The translations under genes were made by a program, and so were the position numbers. The notes beneath the pieces are model-generated. The model was not told the DNA's origin, ran no database searches, and saw nothing but the letters and a program-made list of their open reading frames with translations. A stretch of 62,808 bases of DNA, counting the filler, from Phoronis australis (lineage: Eukaryota > Animalia > Phoronida): the NCBI GenBank assembly GCA_002633005.1. It is 3 parts of 3 records of this genome, joined end to end, with 100 filler letters (N's around TTAATTAATTAA, not from the genome) between each part and the next. Parts side by side here need not be neighbours in the genome. Positions count along the whole stretch, not along the records: positions 49,412 to 62,808 come from NMRA01001586.1; 2 more parts are not named here. The stretch is one strand, 5' to 3'. Position 1 is the first letter of the stretch. Every line of letters begins with the position of its first letter. Below are positions 52,814 through 62,808 of this stretch, one piece after another.

Positions 52814-53265
52814 ATGGGTCGCCGGAGCGAAGAAAACGAGGAAAATGGAAATAAGTGTCTATCATGGTTGAAACGGAACGCCATCCTGATCGCGCTTGTC
52901 ATTAGCATGTGCGCCGGCGTTGGGTTAGGTCTTGGATTACGCGAGCTGGACCCGCCTATGGATAAGAAGTCCATTGTGTACTTGGGATTTCCTGGAGATC
53001 TTTTATTACGCATGCTGAAGATGCTCATCCTTCCTCTTATTATATCGAGCATGATCACAGGTGTCGCTGCTCTTGGTAAAACTTCCGGTCGAATGGGAGG
53101 CATTGCGGTGTTGTACTATATGTCCACTACGTTGTTGGCGGTCATTCTGGGCATAATTCTAGTAGTGGCGATAGGGCCAGGAAATCTCGAAGACGTAGAC
53201 AATATCGAGAAGAAAGGCGAGGCGCAGATTGTATCAGTAGCCGACTCCATCCTTGACTTAATAAG
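52814..53265 (+). CDS. SLC1/EAAT excitatory amino acid transporter, exon 1
   Basis: MGRRS...FPGDLLLRMLKMLILPLIISSMITG...YYMSTTLLAVILGI...DSILDLI R; GTAGTG donor. Confidence 0.97.
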
Positions 53266-53424
53266 GTAGTGTGACAGGAATTGACCTAGTTAATTAAAGT
53301 TTCAGATTTTGTTTAATTTATCTTATTAAATAAGACGAAAATTTTATGATTTGCTAATGCTATGGAGTGATGGAACTGAACACGATGCACGTGCCAGTGT
53401 GTAATGTTGGCGGACTTTTTCCAG

Positions 53425-53467
53425 AATGATGTTTCCTGACAACCTGGTCACAGCATGCTTCCAACAG
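53425..53467 (+). CDS. SLC1/EAAT exon 2
   Basis: ttttccAG acceptor; MMFPDNLVTACFQQ; GTAAGG donor. Confidence 0.95.
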
Positions 53468-53735
53468 GTAAGGCAGAAANNNNNNNNNNNNNNNNNNNNN
53501 NNNNNNNNNNNNNNNNNNNNNNNNNNNNNNNNNNNNNNNNNNNNNNNNNNNNNNNNNNNNNNNNNNNNNNNNNNNNNNNNCATATTCTCAGTTTGTTCTA
53601 AGTCATTAAGATACATCCCGCTTCGTTAGCCCTCTAATCATATTCTGCGATTGAAAAAGTCTATTTACTGAGCTAAATGCACTGGAAAGAGTTTTCACAA
53701 CGATGCAGAATGGACGGCTTTGGTTTACATTTTAG

Positions 53736-53790
53736 CAAAAGACAAAACAGGAATACGTGTTAGTGAACGACACAAAGAACGACTCAATCG
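53736..53790 (+). CDS. SLC1/EAAT exon 3 (extracellular loop)
   Basis: ttacattttAG acceptor; QKTKQEYVLVNDTKNDSI; GTAAGT donor. Phases 0/1 bridge exons 2 and 4; N-glycosylation sequons NDT and NDS. Confidence 0.85.
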
Positions 53791-56023
53791 GTAAGTGAAG
53801 GACACTTGGTGTGGCTGGAGTCGAAATCCATGTTCAGGGGAGCGTTCAATTACGATAGACATTGGTGGGACACTTGTGTCGTGAAATCGGGGCTTTTAGA
53901 ACGAAATAGTGAGATCACAATATATCCCACAATTCAACATTCCAGCCTCGCTGACCAATTACTCATTCGGCCATTTTGCAGTATACACTAGAAAAGTCCT
54001 CAACAATAGAAAGGCCGCGCCTTACTTGCTAGCTTTTCACTAATGTTATTTCGTGTGATTCGTGTGTAAACCATCACTTTTACATTTTTACAAAGAAGCT
54101 GACGCAATGACTTTCTAAAACCGCTGTGTGATGGTGGCGTGTTACAACTATTATTAAAATCTCTTGGTCTACACCGATCTCCTGTCTATTTACATTGTCA
54201 CGACGTTTCGGTCGGCCTATTCTTTGGCCATCATCAGTGTTCCTGCGTTCTTAGAAGAACAAGCACGGATATGTGGTACACTCATCACGGTGTTAGTTTT
54301 TGTCATTATATCCCTCTAAGTAAATGGATGACTCCGTGGTGTAGTGGTTCAGAAGTGGTGGGTTCAAATCCTTCCAAGGACAATACATAATAACAAAAAA
54401 TCACACTATGATGAGTGCACTACATATCCATGTTCGTTCTTCTAAGAAAGCAGGCCGGAATACCTGTCGATGGCCGGATAATAGACCTAATAATAGTTGT
54501 AAGCCGACTTAAGCTGTGAGAGCCGACGTCTTTGGTAGAAAACAAGTGCCATAGTAATAGCTCATATTTAATTGACGTTCTCCTGGTCCTCAATAACAAT
54601 ATGCAACGAAGTGACGCAGTTGGCCTAACAATGAGTCTCTCTCAACTGCTTTTTATGTGCCCACCTATATATGTTTAGCTGCCCGCTCTTTTTAACATTA
54701 AGGATTTTATTTTTGTTCTTTCCCGTCCCTCGCTCTGTCAAACCTTTCGAACGATTGAAAAATGACACAGGTGCTTCTGCTGAGAATAACACTCCTGAAC
54801 CTCTTGCAGGATCTTTATGGAATGTGACATGTGTTTTTCTGAGAATGTGGCTATGGAGATCAACGGCAATCGCTATACCCCACTAGTGGCAACTTTGATT
54901 TTCCACGTTTACTCATGCATCTTCAGATTTCCTTTACAGAATTTCATTAAATCTGACAAATAGGCTTATATTAAAGAGACCAAAAACATCGAATTAGATG
55001 TATTCTGTGCCAGCTGATGGTCATTTTTACTATTATTTCCGGGTCACTTTTTTGTGCGAGTCCGCTGAACTGCCCAAAGTATCATTGAGAAACTTGACAG
55101 ACGTTTTCCTATTGACAGAACAACAACTGGGATTAATGGACACTCCTTTGTGGTATTTGTTATATCTACATTTGAATCTCCTAAACCCCTTGTAGCGTCT
55201 ACAAAATTTGACAAGTGAATCCCTATGAACGCGGCATCAGATGAAAATTTCTGGCGGGCGGATCCGACTACCTTTGTGCCTCAGAATCTTCAGAGTTCCT
55301 GTACAGATTTCATGAAATTTTGCCGTTTCTATAGACGACGAGGCCTTCCCATTTTAGGACGGGCCACTTAGTGACCGTTTGCGGTGCTCCCTAGGACGCA
55401 TGTCACCGCATTATGTTACCCTTGTTTCATTCGCGTTCATTGAGCAAACACAATGACTGAAACATTGCAGTATTAAATTCAGCCTTTTTTCGAGTTTTTA
55501 TATCGCGCAAGTCTTCGCGAGATAGCAGCATCCCTCACAAGCGAAGCACGTTTTCTCACTAGCTTTCACTTGCTTTGCACAAACGTGTCCCGTATCACCT
55601 CGGTGTTAAAGTAATAAGCGATCGATTGTTGACACAGGAGATTATTATAATGTACCCCACCCATATTTGATTTATTGTCGCTTTGGATCAGTGGGTAATG
55701 TATTGCACTAAGTTGCGTTCAGAAACGCCAGATACTTGCGATAGAAAACAAGATCACGTGACTCGCTTGTAAGGTGTCTCTTGCGTCAATGGTCGCACAA
55801 AAACTTGCCTGGTCTCGCCAAACTCGCAAGATACTAGCTTACAGCCTTCCTCGAACATTTTTTTGTTATCCTGGATATATTGAATCTTTTGTCAACACAT
55901 GAAAATATTTAAATTTCAAACATTGGCACGTCAAATGTTATGTGAAGTAACCTTTTTACGCCACATTGCGTAACCAGTAGAAAAAGCAAACAAAGGACTG
56001 TCAATTGCAGCACCTACACTTAA

Positions 56024-57222
56024 AGGCGAAGGCAACCTTTTTCCATGTCATTTTGAGCTAAAATAAGGTTGGTTGGTTATCCTAGACATATTTTCCACTT
56101 AATTACAGGTTTTCGTAATTTTATTAATTACTCGTCCGCTACTCCGGAAGTGACGTTTTAGGAGGCAAGCGTTTCNGACCTCCGGCATACCACGGACAGA
56201 GGAACAACTGTCCCACTTGCCAGAGTGTGCCGCGACACACTCCCACATGGATGGTGACCTGAGCACCCAAACTGCTTACACCGTGTCGTGTGACTCCCTC
56301 GCCACTAACCTGGCACCTTCGAAATAGCTCCAACACTTTAGACAAGTCCAAAATAAACTTAGCAAAGTTTGGCTCACCGATCTGTTCACTGGACGACGAA
56401 CTGTTCTCTTCACTGGGTGTCGAACTGAGCCTGTAATCACTCCCACTACTCAATATCAGCAGGGCTGCTTAGAGGGTCTGGGCTTGAGAAAACAGCACAG
56501 GGCGAAATACTACTGGTTCCAGGAATTGCACGCTGTGGGGTACGTTCGGAGGCACGGGTGACAGTAGATGAAGTGCCCCCACTGGATCCAGTCATTGTAC
56601 TGGCCACAGCTCGCGAGGCTTCTCGCTTCAAAAACGCACTTCTCGGGGGTGGCGACGGGGCACTGCCGGGAATCAACACAGACGGAATGGCATCCTTCTT
56701 CAGGCGTTGTTTCGCAGGGACCTTCATAAGTTCAGCGTACAAATCCCTTTCGTAATCGGACGGCAGAAAGTGCTTGCCACACACACGGTAATTCTCCACT
56801 GCTTTGTACGTTGCGTGGACGGGTAACGCTGCGTTCTTCACACGAACGAGCCAAGTACGGCAAGTGTGTCATCCATCGGAAAGCGATGCAAAGGTACTCC
56901 CAAAGCGCGCGTGAGCCGATAATTAGTACATTCCGGTACGTAGCAACAGTGTGGCATGTTGCCTGACTAGTAAATGAAAGCAAACGACGACGGAACTTAG
57001 CACAACCGAGGTAGAACAATGACTGACTCGGCAGCCCTCACAGTCAGACTGTATGAAAAGAAATTGGCGCGAAATGCTTGCCTCCTAAAACGTCACTTCC
57101 GCAGTAGCAGACGAGTAATTAATAAAATTACGAAAAGCTGTAATTAAGTGGAATATATGTCTAGGAAAACCAACCGACCTTATTTTAGCTCAAACTGACA
57201 TGGAAAAAGGTTGCCTTCGCCT
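56024..57222 (-). mobile_element. Kolobok-like DNA transposon (internally deleted or misjoined) in SLC1 intron 3
   Basis: ~155-bp imperfect TIRs AGGCGAAGGCAACC..., TTAA at 56020-56023 and 57223-57226. THAP from ATG 56957 (MPHCCYVPECTN..LHRFP..[fs]..WL..RVCGKHF..RLKKDAIPSV) followed by a KFILDLSKVLELFRRC..G..C segment typical of Kolobok transposase N-termini; no DDE core. Confidence 0.88.
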
Positions 57223-58093
57223 TTAAATTTGCCGACCAACCTCAATAGCAGTATGTATCTGCTCGGGTACCATAGTATATTAATAGGACACCAATATAAA
57301 TGGATATTAATCATAGTTGCTTGAATTTATTGAGAATTCTCGCAGTCAAGCAATAAGCATTGTCTTTGTCAATTTATGATTCCAGGGTAGTCGGAATCGG
57401 ATGCTTTTAATATATTTTAGAATTTGAAATTGATGGTGTTGCCGTTCTAAGTTGGCTTTAGGTAGCTGCGCCCAATGCAGCCTCAACTGTGAGTAATTGG
57501 TTCTTAATATACTGCATCGTGTGGTGATCCAAAATTACCTCTGTATTGTCCGCGTTTCCCACTACTTTGGATTTCAACAGCGCTGGCAACCTCCAGTCTC
57601 CTACTGTGTGTAGGGACTTTTATTCGAGTGCTCACGTACATGTGTAACACATTCAATGTGGTTGCGTGTATTCACGTATCTAGGAATATAACCAGTCATG
57701 TGACATGTCAGCAGGACACATGAAGCGAGTTCCGGTGATCTCTGTGTTCGCGTAAGCTGTGCCATACTGGTAAGACCACACTCAATTGAACAGTTGTCGC
57801 ACCGTGTGCGGCGACCCTCACTGACCGCAATCACCTGTCAATGACACTACACAGTTAAATCTTCGTGCTAAAAACTCCTTTGAAACAGAAAAACGGAGTT
57901 GTTTGTACTTAAAAATGGTAAAATTTCGAAATCCGTAGGCCGCAAGTGTAGAATTACACTAAAGTAATATTAAACAAAAATGTTAGATTAATAATACAAA
58001 AACTTAGTTGAAAGTCTGCATGTGCATGTTCAAATCACTGATGTACAAAAATGTGAAAACTTCAAACTTATTTCTGCTTTGCTCTCATTATAG

Positions 58094-58289
58094 CACCGTC
58101 TCAGACGGTGAACATCACGGGTTTCAGCGTGCAGAAGTCTGACGGAACCAACATCCTTGGCCTTCTTGTCTTCTCCATCGCCTTCGGCCTCGTTCTTGCT
58201 AACATGGGGCGTGACAAGGCCAAGCCACTAGTAGACTTCTTTGATTGTCTCAACGACGCTACTATGAAGCTGATCACAGTAGTCATTTG
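58094..58289 (+). CDS. SLC1/EAAT exon 4
   Basis: cattatAG acceptor; PSQTVNITGFSVQKSDGTNILGLLVFSIAFG...FFDCLNDATMKLITVVI W; GTATGT donor. Confidence 0.96.
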
Positions 58290-59030
58290 GTATGTGTTTA
58301 GTTCGGTTGGATTCTGATAAAACAATTACACTGAGTTGTTTACACTCCGTATAACCGTAGACTATAATGCATGGACCACCGACTCTGTATATTCGTAACT
58401 CACAAAATCTGTGATCGTACGCACAAAGCGCGACCAACACTATTGGCCGAGAAGTCGCTATTCACTAGCGGCGCCTGGTGTAAGTCGTAGTTTTATTTCT
58501 AGTAAATAAGTCGTCTGCTCACAAGCCGGAAAACGACGCCTCTTCTGGGAATTCTTCATGGAAATATCTGAGTTGAGATTCTGCTATCTATGGTGTGTGG
58601 TCTCATGGAGAACTAGAGTGACCAATAGTCAGAAATACATGCATTTACGATAGAGCCGGTCAAACGAGCGTAAGGTGCACATTTATTAGAAATCGTTATT
58701 TTGGTTTTCACAACATTGAAAACCTGCCGTGAAAAGGTCGAGTCAGGGGATTGAATCGCTGCGGATAAGTTCCTGAGTAGGCAGATTTGTACAAATTGTT
58801 ACAAACCCTGTCATTTAAGTCATAAAAAAGAAATAGTTGGATAAGAGAAAATGCTACTCGAATACATCGAACTCGAGTGTGAATAAAATCTATCAAAATG
58901 ACAACATTTGATAAAATTATGTGATGTTCCATATAATTGTCTAAGTACATGTATTGAAAGTGCTTCTTATTACTAAAAATATATACCCCAGTCGCACTTA
59001 GAGCCTACCGTTCGTTGCACACTTCCGTAG

Positions 59031-59264
59031 GTATTCTCCCATTGGCGTCATGTTCCTCATTGCCGCCAAGTTGGTTGAAATGGACGACATAGGCAGGTTA
59101 TTCAAGATGTTGGGTTTGTACGCGGCGACTGTGCTGGCTGGACTCGGCATACATGGCCTAATAATTCTACCTTTACTTTACCTGATACTTGTTCGAAAGA
59201 ACCCGTTCAAGTACATGTACGGGGTTCTAGAAGCTCTCGTTACAGCCCTAGGTACAGCGTCGAG
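59031..59264 (+). CDS. SLC1/EAAT exon 5
   Basis: ttccgtAG acceptor; YSPIGVMFLIAAKLVEM...RKNPF...ALGTAS; GTAGGT donor. Confidence 0.96.
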
Positions 59265-59822
59265 GTAGGTGGAAATTTGTCATAAAACGTCTAAGAGTAT
59301 TGTCGTCAACTTATAAAAATACTGGAAGATAGTCCTTCTGTCTCCTCCTGGCGGGGATTATGCTAGGTATTCTAAAAGGATTGTGATTAACTCCAGTGGA
59401 TTACATCAGTTCTTGGCCATAATAGAATCAAAAAAAAAAACAAAACAGAAACATGTATTGACGAAATGTCAAATTAATACGATTTTTTTCATTTGTGCGG
59501 CTATTGTCCGTTTTTTGATTTTAACTCCACTGGTTTCATTTCATGGAAAGTGACTGACTGTTACGTCAGAAATGTTTAAAGCGCCCCACAAATTTATCTG
59601 AAAAATCAAATTCAAGCTCGCTACTGATTAGTGTATATTTTGCCGAGAACTCTATGGCGGGATGGGGGTGAGAAACAAAATTTCTGACTGAAGGCTAAAG
59701 TCACTTTTCATGTCATGTGAAACGGCAAGGTAACGACGTTTTCACTACTAATATGCAACTTTGGCTTCTGGGAACATTAAACGATCACATAATATCACGT
59801 GTTATTAATCAAATAATTACAG

Positions 59823-60017
59823 CTCTGCCACACTACCAGTAACGTTCAGATGTCTTGAAGATAACAATCACATCGACCAGCGAGTCACTCGCTTCGTTCT
59901 GCCAATAGGGGCCACAATCAACATGGACGGTACCGCCCTTTATGAGGCAGTGGCAGCCATCTTTATTGCACAGCTCAATGGCTTGGAGCTTGATGTCGGC
60001 CAGATTATAACGATCAG
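59823..60017 (+). CDS. SLC1/EAAT exon 6 (HP1 end, TM7)
   Basis: [65 protein letters not shown], containing the NMDGT motif; canonical splice sites. Confidence 0.97.
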
Positions 60018-60320
60018 GTAGTCTTCTTGTTGATATTGCCTTTGCTTAAGGCTATGGCAATACCCACAAACATTATTGGTCAACTTTTATATTCCAAAAA
60101 TGCCGTATTCCGAAGAATGTTGCGGTGCTAGTTCTGTTTTGAATGCATCGCTACCGTAGCCAGGTTCCAACGAGTGCATATCACCTCGCAATTTTCTTTG
60201 GAAATCACATGAAAAGTTTTTAAAATAGATGCTATCAGACTGTACATTCGAGTGCAACTCCAGTTTTACAAAAAGTGAAGCTGAATTTAGCGCTTGACTG
60301 GTTTTTACCTTAATTTGCAG

Positions 60321-60360
60321 CATCACCGCCACCTTGGCGTCGATTGGTGCTGCTGGAATC
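60321..60360 (+). CDS. SLC1/EAAT exon 7, truncated
   Basis: taatttgcAG acceptor; ITATLASIGAAGI, after which homology stops (KHFH*) with no donor site. Confidence 0.85.
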
Positions 60361-60448
60361 AAGCATTTTCATTGATTCCTGAAGTATTATCCAAGAAAAA
60401 AGACAAAAAAATCACGGAGAACGTATCAAACGGGAAAAACTGCATGTA

Positions 60449-60512
60449 CCACAGTCTCGAACCCACGACCTGGGGTTTAGAGCGCGCGTGCTTTACCAGT
60501 ACACCACCATAG
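60449..60512 (-). repeat. tRNA-derived SINE-like head
   Basis: Minus strand: ctatggTGGTGTACTGGtaaagcacgcgcgctctaaaccccaggtcgtgGGTTCGAGACtgtgg (A-box and B-box). Confidence 0.55.
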
Positions 60513-60835
60513 TTTACTACGACTACTAATCGTATACTAAGAGACCTACTCGTTTATGGTCCACAGCGTTTGCGCGCGAAACCAACTTCTTTTTGTTATG
60601 CTTATTACGCGTTTTATATTTTGTGCAATCGGTTCTTAACAAATTTGTTGTATTTAAAACAGTCTTCAAATGCCCAAAAGACCAAATCCGTTTTTCGTTT
60701 TCGCAATAATGACGGGATTGCTTTGAAAATCGTCTTAAGTTAAGGTTTGACAAAGAGAGAATTATGAGTTTCTGAGTGATTCACTAAGGCTTCGATTAAA
60801 ATTCACATCTTACCAGCAGCTTCTGTTTTTTCATC

Positions 60836-61085
60836 GTCACTCAGGTTCCATTTTCTTTAAAAAATGAAGTAAATTTCCTTCATTGCACAGTGGAGCAGAC
60901 GACGGAAACGGAGTCGTAGTGCGCAACGCCACTGTCGGTGGCCTGGGATATCGCGGGAGAGTCACTCAGGTTCCATTTTCTTTAAAAAATGAAGTAAATT
61001 TCCTTCATTGCACAGTGGAGCAGACGACGGAAACGGAGTCGTAGTGCGCAGCGTCACTGCCGGTCGCCTGGAATATCGCGGGAGA
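60836..61085. repeat. Tandem duplication, 2 x 125 bp
   Basis: gtcactcaggttccattttc...tatcgcgggaga repeated head-to-tail with a few substitutions. Confidence 0.92.
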
Positions 61086-61163
61086 GCCTATACTTAGCCA
61101 TAGTTTCGTTACGAATGCGCCGTGTTCCGAATTTGACAGCAGAGAACTGGTGAAGGGGTCAAC

Positions 61164-61606
61164 AATTGGTTGGACTTCAAAACCACCTACTCGGACTTCA
61201 AAAATCCCTGGCTGGACTCTCCAAATTCAAAATGGACAGTGTTCTAACTTGGTGGTATGACCTTGGATTGGCCGGTACCTCAAAACCAGATGGTCGCACC
61301 TAAAAACCTGGTTGGCCGGTGTTCAAACACAATGGCCACACAAATTTTGAACGAAAACGTGTACGAAAAATAAACACCAGTATAGTCGCGTACCTGAATC
61401 CTTCGAGACATTCAAAGCGAGTCTCTGAGAAAGTCCGTCGTGATTGATCACTGGCCAAGTGGTTATAGCACCGGTCATCGCGTTTTCGGTCCAGCCCATT
61501 AGTTTTTTTGGGTGGGGCCATCGAGTTTTGAAGTCCGGACAAAACTTTTGATCACCGGTTATATGGTGCTACACTCCAGCCGACTGGTTTTGAAGTCCAA
61601 TCAATC
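61164..61606. mobile_element. MITE-like element with inverted ends
   Basis: attggttggacttcaaaacca ... tggttttgaagtccaatcaat; the ggacttcaaaa motif is repeated subterminally. Confidence 0.6.
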
Positions 61607-61859
61607 TCTCTTGGTAATAAAATTTATTTTAAACAGTTCACGTTTCTGTGAAAACTGCACGAAATATTCAAAACATAAGTCCTAGGTAAACGATTTTGTT
61701 ATCTTATTACAGCTACGCTGTCACGTGTGCTTGGTGGAAATTTTTGTGATATGTCTTGATGCTTTTATGTTGCGCCTTCCAGCTAGCTAGTTGGCGGTAG
61801 TACCAACAGTCGGCCTCAGAATCGCCTTACCGAAGCAGGTGATCCTCCGCTTGACAATG

Positions 61860-62118
61860 CATGCGCGCACCCAGGGGGGGCTCGAAGGAGCCCCCCCCCC
61901 CCCCCCCNATTTAGCGAAGTAGGCAAAAAGGTTCGCCTGTGCGAGCGACAAAATGTCCGAGATAACTGGACAAAAGACCACTAAATAAGCGCGAATGCGC
62001 ACGTCACAGTGGTGCTCCTGTTTTTTTTTTTTTAGTCCGGGAGCTGTTTTGTTAGGATAAGGTCCACGACGTCAAGAATTCGATCCCCCCCCCAAATTGA
62101 AGGTTGGGTGTGCGCATG
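61860..62118. mobile_element. GC-rich MITE with 5-bp TSD
   Basis: catgcgcgcaccca ... tgggtgtgcgcatg; CAATG at 61855-61859 and 62119-62123. Confidence 0.85.
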
Positions 62119-62808
62119 CAATGTGTGGGCCCTTGAACCGCGAAATTTGTTCGGGACAAGTTTTCGGTGATAGGTTTGTAAATTTCTTCTGTACTAAACA
62201 AACGTTCCACCCTACGCCCAATGTTAACAAAAAACAACACCGTAAACAAACCACATTCAAACAAGTCTCACCCATGTGCCACACAACCTTAGCTACGAGA
62301 AATCGAAGTTGGACTCCCATCTCCAGACTTCACCAAATACAAATTGAACATCATCTTCAACTGAGTTCGAGATATACCGTATACACAACTTTTTACCTGG
62401 TGGATATTCAACATATAGCAACAAATTGCTACACGCAGGAAAAGAGTTCCAGGCCTACTGAGCCAATAAGGAAAGCTCGGAACGTAGCAAATTAATTTTC
62501 ATATACTCCTCTTCTCTACTTAAGTTTTATTATAGACGAAGCCCATACATTTTTGAATAGTTACAACATGCTCAGATTTTGAAAACTAAGACTGAAAAGG
62601 ACCATGTTGTTTAACATTACTTGTCCTGCTATTTCTGACAACAGGGTAATCACATCTGTTATCTGTAGAATCCCATCCCACTCACATAATCCCCGTATAA
62701 AGAATATGTAGAGCAATGTCTTTGTTGTCTAACAGAAAACATGAGGATTTTCAGTGGCGGATCTACGGGGGGTTCAGGGGGTTTAAACCCCCCCCCCTCG
62801 GGCCAGGA

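Noticed and set aside
54671-54886. ORF with N-glycosylation-like sequons as a candidate SLC1 loop exon
   Set aside because: No suitable acceptor; exon 53736-53790 already bridges the phases.

Overview
AT-rich, intron-containing animal (invertebrate-type) genomic DNA from a draft assembly with several N gaps, not prokaryotic. Host genes: the first three coding exons of a 4-coumarate-CoA-ligase/firefly-luciferase-like acyl-CoA synthetase (minus, 48-3137); an orphan two-exon ~183-aa membrane protein (13572-15389); a large Ser/Thr-rich mucin-like type I membrane exon (32791-34061); and an SLC1/EAAT glutamate transporter (52814-60360) whose 7th exon breaks off abruptly in HP2. The rest is dense in transposon debris: a 5'-truncated L1/Tx1 LINE with a 13-bp TSD inside a Harbinger-like MITE, a Merlin (ISXO2) transposase pseudogene with nested MITEs, TTAA-flanked THAP/Kolobok-like elements, GC-rich short TIR elements with 5-bp TSDs, tRNA-derived SINE-like heads, and an intronless phosphodiesterase pseudogene fragment. 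The most striking observation is at 45085-45730 (minus): the C-terminal part of a restriction-like endonuclease typical of HERO/NeSL/R4-type non-LTR retrotransposons runs in frame into a ubiquitin-specific protease (USP/C19) domain, suggesting a retrotransposon that carries a deubiquitinase. All family assignments come from motif recognition by eye, with no database searches.
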